Shown in pieces: positions 10,052 to 17,597 of a stretch of 27,313 nucleotides of DNA. Each line of letters opens with the position of its first letter. The stretch's first letter is position 1. The translations under genes were made by a program, and so were the position numbers. The notes beneath the pieces are model-generated. The model was not told the DNA's origin. It did not search any database and saw only the letters and a program-made list of their open reading frames with translations. Source of the DNA: Campylobacterota bacterium (GTDB taxonomy: Bacteria > Campylobacterota > Campylobacteria > Campylobacterales > Arcobacteraceae); the NCBI GenBank assembly GCA_051746405.1, contig JBNJFB010000032.1, forward strand, positions 1-27,313, given 5' to 3'.

Positions 10052-10312
10052 ATGAGTGCAACTTATGGAACTAGAGAAATAGTAAGAAATCCGTCACTGT
10101 TACGAATAAAACCAAATGAAAGCTTTGTAATAGAAGATAAAAAATCCCATAAACAATTAGGAATGTATATAGGTGTTGATCTGGCAAAAGAGTTCTTAGA
10201 GTATGAAAAGAAGAAAAAGCTTTTACAAAGTGCAAAAAAAATAAGAGAACACTCTTTGAAAGAAGCATTACTTTGGGAAGATACTTTAAATGATGGGTTA
10301 GAAAATGTATAA
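10052..10312 (+). CDS. Putative type II antitoxin
   Basis: 86 aa, overlapping the downstream toxin. Phd/YefM-like N-terminus (YGTREIVRNPSLL) and acidic C-terminus WEDTLNDGL. Confidence 0.72.
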   Translation: MSATYGTREIVRNPSLLRIKPNESFVIEDKKSHKQLGMYIGVDLAKEFLEYEKKKKLLQSAKKIREHSLKEALLWEDTLNDGLENV

Positions 10313-10643
10313 AAAAGGAGATATTGTCCTAGTCAATTTCAACCCTCAAAAAAGAGTTCAGGAGATAGGAAAAACAAGACCTGCAATAGTAGTCTCTCAT
10401 AGTGAGCTAAACAAAGTACTTGATATGGTTAGCGTTGTAGCCCTTACAACAAATCTTATAGATGATAGTGAACCATTAAGAATACGCATCAATAAGCGAG
10501 AAAAGTTGCTTCAAAATAGTGATGCTATGATAGAACAACTAAGAGCAATAGCTAAAAGTAGGATAGGTGAAAAAATAGCAACTTTAAACAAAGAAGAGTT
10601 GGGTAAAGTTAATTATGGGATTAAAGAGATGTTAGCTTTGTAA
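10305..10643 (+). CDS. PemK/MazF-family endoribonuclease toxin
   Basis: KGDIVLVNFNP, EIGKTRPAIVVS, VVALTT and SDAMIEQLRAIAKSRI. Confidence 0.92.
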   Translation: MYKKGDIVLVNFNPQKRVQEIGKTRPAIVVSHSELNKVLDMVSVVALTTNLIDDSEPLRIRINKREKLLQNSDAMIEQLRAIAKSRIGEKIATLNKEELGKVNYGIKEMLAL

Positions 10644-10835
10644 GGTATCGATGTAAGTTATTATTATGAGGGATATATACTTTATATTACAAAAGAGATT
10701 GGGGAACGAAAATTGTGAGACAATTGAGTTATAGTTATATGAGAAGTTGTTAAAAAGTAACTAAAAAATTTAATATTTATTAGAAATATTGTTACTTTAG
10801 AGTAAAATAATCTCAAAACAAAATAAAGAAATATA

Positions 10836-10949
10836 ATGAACATAATACAAATAGAAGAGACCGTAAAAGATTTAATATCAGAGTTAGACAAAGAGAATTT
10901 TATATTTGATTTTCTACTTATTTTTGATGAACCAAAATTAGATAATTAA
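10836..10949 (+). pseudogene. N-terminal remnant of a YeeA/MmeI-like DNA methyltransferase
   Basis: 37-codon ORF not in the ORF track, MNIIQIEETVKDLISELDKENFIFDFLLIFDEPKLDN*. It resembles YeeA-family N-termini as recalled, and yeeB/yeeC-like genes lie downstream. Confidence 0.6.
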
Positions 10950-10965
10950 ATAAGGAAGTAAGCTT

Positions 10966-13005
10966 ATGAAGGCAAGTGAAATTAAACTTGAAGAGTTTCT
11001 ATCTCAGCCTAAAACAAATTTTATAATACCAGTGTACCAGAGAAATTATGATTGGAAAAAAGAACAGTGTAATGATTTTATAACAGATGTAGAAGCATTA
11101 GTAAAAAGGGAAAGAGAAACACACTTTTTAGGTACGATTGTTTACATAAAAGGTGATGATTTAGAATCTATTGAAAGTGGTTTAAAAGAGTATATAATAA
11201 TTGATGGTCAACAAAGAATAACAACAACAATGTTGTTCTTAAAAGCAATTTATGATTTAAGTGATGATATTGATGATAAAGAAGAGATAAGAGATGATTT
11301 TTTGATTATTAAAAGAAGTAATAAACTAAAACTAAAACCTATTAAAGATGATAACTTTATATTTGAGAAATTACTAAATAATGAAATAATTGACGAAAAT
11401 AATACTTCTAGAATATACAAGAACTATCAATATTTCAAAGAATATCTTATACGTTCTACAATTGATATAGAAAAGTACTTTAAAACATTTAGGCGAATTT
11501 GGGTTGTATATATTGAACTAGATAGAACAAAAGATGATCCACAACTTATTTTTGAGAGTATCAATTCAACAGGACTTAGTTTAAGTGAAGCAGATTTAAT
11601 ACGTAATTTTATATTAATGGATAAAAAACATGATGAACAGAATTATCTTTTTGAAGAGTATTGGTCTAAAATTGAAAAATTACTTTTAAGTGAAAATATC
11701 TCAGCATATATTAGAGATTATTTAACTATGAAAGAGAATAAAATACCTAATCAAAAGGATGTTTATAACTCTTTTAAAAACTATGTAAGTAGTTCTAATT
11801 TAAATTCAGAAGAGTTATTAACTGATTTATTGTATCATGCAAAAAATTATTCTAGATTTTTATTTTTAAATTTTGAAATTAAAGAAATTGAGCAATTATT
11901 AAAAGAGATAAAAGACTTAAAAGTTACTGTTTCATATCCGTTTTTATTGAGAATATTTGAAGATTTTGATAAAGGTATAATCTCTTCTGAAATTTTAGTA
12001 AACTGTATTCAATTAATTAGAAATTATATTTTTAGAAGACTTATTTGTGAATATAATACAAATGCATTAAATAAAATATTTATGATTTTATATAAAGAAC
12101 TTACAGAAGTTGAGAATTTTACTGAAAACTATTATGAATGCTTAGCAAGTGTTCTTTTGGATAAAAGGTCGAGTGGAATGTATCCAAGAGATGAAGAGTT
12201 TAAGGATTATTTTACCACTAAAGATATTTATAAGTTTAAAAATAAGAATTACTTACTTTATAAACTTGAGTGTTTTGAAAACAAAGAAGTAGTTCCTATG
12301 GCAGATTTAACAATAGAGCATATTATGCCACAAACACTTACAGCTAAATGGAATGTTGAATTAGGTGATAAATTTTCACAAGTACATGAACAACTTTTAC
12401 ACAATATTGGTAATCTTACTTTTAGCGGTTATAACGCTAATTTGTCTAATAAAAGTTTTAGTGAAAAAAAAGTGATATTAAAAGAAAGTAATGTTGGCTT
12501 AAATAAATATTTTAATGAAATTAAATATTGGACAAAAGAGGAGATTGAAAAAAGAGCAGATTATCTTTTTGAAAAAATAGCTTTGAATATTTGGAAGTTT
12601 CCAGGTATAGATGAAAATAAATTTATTAATAAAGATGAACAAGAATATTATAATCTTAATGAAAGTTTTGATGTTACGGGTAAAAAAATAAAAAAGATAA
12701 ATATTTTAGGTGATAATATAGCTGTGAGTAGTTGGATACAATGCTTCGCAGAGTTCTCTAACACAATGTATAATATTGATAATTCTGTCTTTAGTCAATT
12801 AGCTTATGATGATGACTTTAAAGGAAGAGAAAAAAGAATTATTAGTGACAATATTGATGAACTTAGAAAACCTCATAAATTTAATGATAATGTACATATT
12901 TATATAGAGAGCAATTTAAGCGCAAACTCAATATTAAATTACATAAAAATTTTAGCTGAAAAATATGAACTCTATGGTGATGATGTTGTTTTTTATATTG
13001 CTTAA
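10966..13005 (+). CDS. GmrSD-like type IV restriction endonuclease (DUF262 + DUF1524/HNH) with an extra C-terminal domain
   Basis: DUF262 motifs IPVYQRNYDW, IIDGQQR and FESINSTG. HNH-type motifs TIEHIMPQ, HNIGNLT and NANLSN. Confidence 0.9.
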   Translation: MKASEIKLEEFLSQPKTNFIIPVYQRNYDWKKEQCNDFITDVEALVKRERETHFLGTIVYIKGDDLESIESGLKEYIIIDGQQRITTTMLFLKAIYDLSDDIDDKEEIRDDFLIIKRSNKLKLKPIKDDNFIFEKLLNNEIIDENNTSRIYKNYQYFKEYLIRSTIDIEKYFKTFRRIWVVYIELDRTKDDPQLIFESINSTGLSLSEADLIRNFILMDKKHDEQNYLFEEYWSKIEKLLLSENISAYIRDYLTMKENKIPNQKDVYNSFKNYVSSSNLNSEELLTDLLYHAKNYSRFLFLNFEIKEIEQLLKEIKDLKVTVSYPFLLRIFEDFDKGIISSEILVNCIQLIRNYIFRRLICEYNTNALNKIFMILYKELTEVENFTENYYECLASVLLDKRSSGMYPRDEEFKDYFTTKDIYKFKNKNYLLYKLECFENKEVVPMADLTIEHIMPQTLTAKWNVELGDKFSQVHEQLLHNIGNLTFSGYNANLSNKSFSEKKVILKESNVGLNKYFNEIKYWTKEEIEKRADYLFEKIALNIWKFPGIDENKFINKDEQEYYNLNESFDVTGKKIKKINILGDNIAVSSWIQCFAEFSNTMYNIDNSVFSQLAYDDDFKGREKRIISDNIDELRKPHKFNDNVHIYIESNLSANSILNYIKILAEKYELYGDDVVFYIA

Positions 13006-13021
13006 AAAATTAAGTTATGGT

Positions 13022-13126
13022 GATTTGATAAATCTTGTATTTAATATTCTAGATGAAAGAGAATATAACCATCCAAAAACACTAGCCCAGCTTTACGACC
13101 CAGATAAGATGCCAAGTGAACTAAAA
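13022..13126 (+). pseudogene. C-terminal remnant of a YeeA/MmeI-like methyltransferase, fused in frame to RhuM
   Basis: LVFNILDERE...KTLAQLYDPDKMPSELK matches the TLAxLYDPxxMPxxL motif of MmeI-family C-termini. Confidence 0.7.
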
Positions 13127-13939
13127 GTACCCATAAATGCAAATACAGTTTGGCTTAGACAAAATCAAATATCTGAAATATTTCAAAAAGATAGAAGTGT
13201 TATTACAAAACATATAAATAATATTTTTAAAGATAATGAGGTAGATGAAAAAAGCAATGTGCAAAAAATGCACATTGCAAATTCTGATAAGCCTGTCAAT
13301 TTTTATAGTTTAGATATTGTACTAGCTGTAGGGTATAGGACAAATTCATCAAAAGCTATAAAATTTAGACAATGGGCTACATCTATTCTTAAAAACTATA
13401 TCATAAATGGTTATTCTATCAATGGTGAAAAGATTACCAACGAAAGATTTATATCTTTAGAAAATGATGTAAACTTTTTAAAAGAAAAAGTAAATCTAAT
13501 CTCAACTCACATAGAAGATAAATCTATCAAACCAAAACAAGGTATCTTTTACGATGGACAAGTATATGATGCTTATATCTTTATAAATGACTTAATAAAA
13601 AGTGCAAAAAGTAGTATAACTATTATAGATAACTATTGTGATGAGAGTGTTTTAACACTACTTTCAAAAAGAGATAAAGATGTACCATGTACAATCTATA
13701 CAAAAAACATCACCAAACAACTCAAGCTAGACCTTGAAAAGTATAACGAACAATATCCAAAAATAGATATAGTAAAGTTTGAGAATTCACACGATAGATT
13801 TTTAATCCTTGATGATAAAGAAGTTTATCATATCGGAGCTAGTTTAAAAGACTTGGGTAAAAAATGGTTTGGATTTTCAAAGTTTGATATAAAAGCTTTT
13901 GATTTGTTATTAAGGTTAAAGGATATAAAAAATGGCTAA
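13109..13939 (+). CDS. RhuM-family DNA-binding protein with a C-terminal PLD-like domain; N-terminus probably chimeric (frame open from 12965, start uncertain)
   Basis: TVWLRQNQISEIF, YSLDIVLAVGYRTNS and FRQWAT (RhuM). GIFYDGQVYDA, IIDNY and HDRFLILD...YHIGASLKDLGKKWF (C-terminal domain). Confidence 0.8.
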   Translation: MPSELKVPINANTVWLRQNQISEIFQKDRSVITKHINNIFKDNEVDEKSNVQKMHIANSDKPVNFYSLDIVLAVGYRTNSSKAIKFRQWATSILKNYIINGYSINGEKITNERFISLENDVNFLKEKVNLISTHIEDKSIKPKQGIFYDGQVYDAYIFINDLIKSAKSSITIIDNYCDESVLTLLSKRDKDVPCTIYTKNITKQLKLDLEKYNEQYPKIDIVKFENSHDRFLILDDKEVYHIGASLKDLGKKWFGFSKFDIKAFDLLLRLKDIKNG

Positions 13940-14387
13940 AACAAATATTCAAAATAGATTAAGTGAAGATAAACTATATCAAAATGCCATAGCTATTATA
14001 GATAGTGGTAGAGATAAAATTGCCCAAGCTTTATATAACGAAACTACAAAAAGCTACTATTTGCTAGGTAAACTTATAGTAGAAGATGAACAACAAGGAA
14101 ATAAAAAAGCTCAGTATGGAAAAAAAGTGATTGAAACTTTATCTAAAAAACTAACTATACGCTACGGTAGAGGCTTTTCTCTATCTACTTTAAAAGATTG
14201 TAGACAGTTTTATCAAAAAAGACAGTCGCTGACTGGCGAATTGGATCTTAAGCTTTTATTTACTCATTATACTTATCTAATAAGACTAGATGAAAAAGAG
14301 ATGAAACCTAAAGATATAATAAAAGACCCATATATTTTAGATTTTTTAGGACTGGACAAAGTAAATCTAGCAATAAGTACGGTATGA
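13932..14387 (+). pseudogene. Truncated, internally deleted DUF1016/YhcG-family gene
   Basis: YYLLGKLIVEDEQQG...AQYG, YGRGFS, RQFY and THY, then a jump to IIKDPYILDFLGL. The C-terminal PD-(D/E)XK domain is missing, and the last codons come from a duplicated piece of the helicase gene. Confidence 0.78.
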
Positions 14388-14409
14388 AGCAGATGCAAGA
14401 AAAAGCTTA
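14354..14409 (+). repeat. 56-bp direct repeat, copy 1 (duplicate of the helicase gene 5' region)
   Basis: GGACAAAGTAAATCTAGCAATAAGTACGGTATGAAGCAGATGCAAGAAAAAGCTTA matches 15714-15769 with 2 mismatches. Confidence 0.95.
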
Positions 14410-14429
14410 AGAAGTTTTAGGAGATTAAA

Positions 14430-15566
14430 ATGAACATAAAAGATTTTAAATCAGGAACATTAAGACAAGAGTATCAATACAAAAGTTTTTTACCAGAAAA
14501 AATCAATCATACATTTACATGGGATGACCCACAAATAAATACAATGCTTGAAGATGCCACTAGAGCATTAGGAGAGTTAAATGCTTTTACGATGATAGTG
14601 CCAAATGTAGATATGTTTATACAGATGCACATCACCAAAGAAGCAAACACCTCAAGTAAGATAGAGGGTACAAAAACTGAGATGGATGAAGTGCTTGTCG
14701 CAAAAGAGCAGATAGACCCAGAAAAAAGAGATGACTGGCAAGAGGTACGAAACTACATAGATGCTATGAATAGTGCTATAAAAGAGCTTGAAAGTTTGCC
14801 TATATCAAATCGTCTTATTAAAAATATCCATGCCATACTACTCAACAGTGTAAGAGGCGAAACAAAACAACCAGGAGAGTTTAGAAAGTCTCAAAACTGG
14901 ATAGGCGGTACTAGTTTGGCTACAGCTTATTTTATACCTCCACATCATAAAGAAGTAGATGAATTGATGAGCGATCTGGAAAAGTTTTTGCACGATGAAG
15001 AGATTTTTGTACCACATCTTATAAAAATAGCTATCGCACATTATCAGTTTGAAACGATTCATCCATTTTTAGATGGAAATGGTCGTATTGGACGGCTTAT
15101 GATTACACTTTATTTAGTAAGTAACGGATTACTTAAAAAACCATCTCTGTATCTCTCTGATTTTATAGAAAAAAATAAATCAGCTTATTATGAAGCCCTT
15201 ACAAGAGTACGAACTAATAATGATTTGACACATTGGATCAAGTTTTTTCTTGAAGCGGTTATAGTTACAGCAAACAGTGGAGTAAAAACATTTCAAGATA
15301 TTTTGAGTCTAAAGCAAGAGATGGACAGCTTGGTAGTTGGGTTTGGGAAAAAAGCCCATAATGCTACTAGGTTAGTGGAAATGTTATATCAAAAACCTAT
15401 CGTCAACATGACCGATGTTGGTCGTGAACTAAATCTTGCTAAGGCAACAGTGAGTTCTTTGATAAAGGATTTTGAAGAAAAAGGTATTTTAAAAGAGACT
15501 ACAGGATATGAGCGAAATAAATATTATGCTTTTACAAGATATTTAGATGCTTATAGTCAAAGTTAA
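14430..15566 (+). CDS. Fic-family protein (class II-type) with a C-terminal winged helix
   Basis: Catalytic motif HPFLDGNGRIGR and inhibitory motif SSKIEG. C-terminal helix-turn-helix region ...LAKATVSSLIKDFEEKGIL.E.TG..RN. Confidence 0.93.
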   Translation: MNIKDFKSGTLRQEYQYKSFLPEKINHTFTWDDPQINTMLEDATRALGELNAFTMIVPNVDMFIQMHITKEANTSSKIEGTKTEMDEVLVAKEQIDPEKRDDWQEVRNYIDAMNSAIKELESLPISNRLIKNIHAILLNSVRGETKQPGEFRKSQNWIGGTSLATAYFIPPHHKEVDELMSDLEKFLHDEEIFVPHLIKIAIAHYQFETIHPFLDGNGRIGRLMITLYLVSNGLLKKPSLYLSDFIEKNKSAYYEALTRVRTNNDLTHWIKFFLEAVIVTANSGVKTFQDILSLKQEMDSLVVGFGKKAHNATRLVEMLYQKPIVNMTDVGRELNLAKATVSSLIKDFEEKGILKETTGYERNKYYAFTRYLDAYSQS

Positions 15567-15645
15567 CACTCCAACTTGAACTAAATTTTTTTATAGTTCA
15601 AGTTAAGGCTCTAAATTGAACTAAGGAATTTTATAGTTCAAGTTA
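15551..15645. repeat. 40-bp-period tandem repeat (about 2.4 units) built from alternating inverted 11-mers
   Basis: TAGTTCAAGTT or variants at 15554, 15594 and 15634. The reverse complement AACTTGAACTA or a variant at 15573 and 15613. Confidence 0.9.
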
Positions 15646-15677
15646 GAAGAGATTTTTAAACTAAAGAAGAGGAAAAA

Positions 15678-17597
15678 ATGACAAACATCATAGAAGTAAA
15701 CTACGACCAAACAGGACAAAGTAAATCTACCAATAAGTACGGTATGAGGCAGATGCAAGAAAAAGCTTATGAAAATAAAGATGCTCAGTATCTACTCCTA
15801 AAAGCACCACCTGCTAGTGGTAAGTCACGAGCTTTGATGTTTATAGCACTTGATAAGCTTATAAATCAAGGACTAAAAAAAGTTATCGTGGCGGTTCCCG
15901 AAAAGTCTATTGGGTCTTCTTTTGGTACTACTGATTTAAAATCATATGGCTTTTATGCAGATTGGGAGCCAAACGAAGAGTACAATCTATGTACAAACTC
16001 TAGTGAAAAAAGTAAAGTGGAAGCTTTTAAACGGTTTTTAAAAAGTGAAGAGAAGATACTTATATGTACACATTCTACTTTAAGAAATGCTTTTGCAGGT
16101 TTAAAGGATGAAAACTTTGATAATGTTCTCTTAGCTATAGATGAGTTTCACCATGTATCAGCAGATGGTGAAAATCGTTTAGGTGAACTTATACGAACTA
16201 TTATGGAAAACTCATCGGCTCATATAGTAGCTATGACGGGATCATATTTTAGAGGAGACAGTGTACCTGTACTTGAAGCAAAAGATGAAATAAGCTTTGA
16301 AAAAGTTACTTACAACTACTATGAGCAGTTAAACGGCTATGAATACTTAAAATCTTTGGGTATTGGGTATCACTTTTATCAAGGGAAATATCTCAGTGCT
16401 ATAGATGAAGTTCTCGATACAGATAAAAAAACAATCATACACATACCAAATGTAAATTCAAGCGAATCAACAAAAGACAAGTACAAAGAGGTAGGTCAGA
16501 TAATAGATCTTGTAGGTAAGGTAGTAGATGTAACAGATGATGGAGTTCATATTGTAAAAAGAGATAGTGATGGTAAGATACTTAAAATAGCCGATCTTGT
16601 AGAAGATGATGAAAAATCAAGGACAAAAATAGATAACTATCTAAATACCCATAAAAATATAGATGATATGGACATCATCATAGCACTTGGAAAAGCTAAA
16701 GAGGGGTTTGACTGGACTTGGTGCGAACACGCTTTGACCGTAGGATATAGAAGCTCACTAACAGAGATTATCCAGATAATAGGTCGTGCCACAAGAGATA
16801 GTGATAATAAAACCCATGCACAGTTTACAAACCTTATAGCCCAGCCAAATGCGGAAGATAGTGAAGTAACATACGCAGTAAATGACCTACTAAAAGCGAT
16901 AACCGCATCACTACTTATGGAGCAAGTTTTAGCACCAAATTTTAAATTTAAACCACGATTTAAAGATGATGAAGAGCCTAGCAAAAAAGGGGAACTCAAG
17001 ATAAGAGGATTTAAAAAACCATCTAAAGAAGTAGAAAATATCATAGAATCAGACCTAAATGAACTAAAAGCAAAAATTCTCCAAGATAAAACTTTAAGAC
17101 AAATTATCCCAATGGATGAAAACCCAGAGGTTATAAATCAGTTTTATATACCAAAAATCATAAGAAAAGAGTACCCACACTTGGATGATACTCAAATAGA
17201 AGAGTTAAGAGAGTATGTAGTAGTCGATAGTGTGGTAAAAGGTGCAACTATAGAAAAAGAGGGAAGTAAAGAGTTTTTAAAAATGGGAAATAAGTTTCTT
17301 GAACTTGATAAATTATCTATTGATATGATAGATAAAATAAATCCTTTCCAAAAAGCTTTTGAAGTGATCTCAAAAGAGTTAAATAAAAACACTTTTAAAC
17401 TTGTAAAAGAAGCTATTGACAGTACAAAAATAGAGATGAGTGAAGAAGAAGCGGTTGAGCGATACAATAGAGCTATAAAGTTTAAAGAAAACTTTGGACG
17501 ATTGCCTGATATAAACTCACATGACTTTGAAGAAAGACGAATGGCAGAGGCTATTGTGTTTATAAAAAGTTTAGCAAGAAAGAGACTAAATGGATAG
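15678..17597 (+). CDS. SF2 DEAD/DEAH-box helicase, YeeB-like
   Basis: Walker A APPASGKS, DEFHH, MTGSYFRGD, KEGFDW and QIIGRATRD. Confidence 0.88.
   Translation: MTNIIEVNYDQTGQSKSTNKYGMRQMQEKAYENKDAQYLLLKAPPASGKSRALMFIALDKLINQGLKKVIVAVPEKSIGSSFGTTDLKSYGFYADWEPNEEYNLCTNSSEKSKVEAFKRFLKSEEKILICTHSTLRNAFAGLKDENFDNVLLAIDEFHHVSADGENRLGELIRTIMENSSAHIVAMTGSYFRGDSVPVLEAKDEISFEKVTYNYYEQLNGYEYLKSLGIGYHFYQGKYLSAIDEVLDTDKKTIIHIPNVNSSESTKDKYKEVGQIIDLVGKVVDVTDDGVHIVKRDSDGKILKIADLVEDDEKSRTKIDNYLNTHKNIDDMDIIIALGKAKEGFDWTWCEHALTVGYRSSLTEIIQIIGRATRDSDNKTHAQFTNLIAQPNAEDSEVTYAVNDLLKAITASLLMEQVLAPNFKFKPRFKDDEEPSKKGELKIRGFKKPSKEVENIIESDLNELKAKILQDKTLRQIIPMDENPEVINQFYIPKIIRKEYPHLDDTQIEELREYVVVDSVVKGATIEKEGSKEFLKMGNKFLELDKLSIDMIDKINPFQKAFEVISKELNKNTFKLVKEAIDSTKIEMSEEEAVERYNRAIKFKENFGRLPDINSHDFEERRMAEAIVFIKSLARKRLNG
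15714..15769 (+). repeat. 56-bp direct repeat, copy 2 (inside the helicase 5' end)
   Basis: Matches 14354-14409 with 2 mismatches at an offset of 1360 bp. Confidence 0.95.

Noticed and set aside
10711..10798. Short palindromes AATTGT-GAG-ACAATT and AAAGTAAC...GTTACTTT as att or operator sites
   Set aside because: Short and AT-rich, with no matching copy seen at the other island end.
10682..10891. 69-aa minus-strand ORF
   Set aside because: Low-complexity sequence, and it overlaps the more plausible plus-strand methylase remnant.
12965..13021. ATG 12965 as the true start of the RhuM ORF
   Set aside because: It overlaps the gmrSD 3' end by 41 nt and encodes an implausible peptide. It is probably an incidental open frame.
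15551..15645. CRISPR array or intrinsic terminator interpretation of the repeat
   Set aside because: Spacers are only 8-10 bp, there are no cas genes, and the hairpins lack a following U tract.
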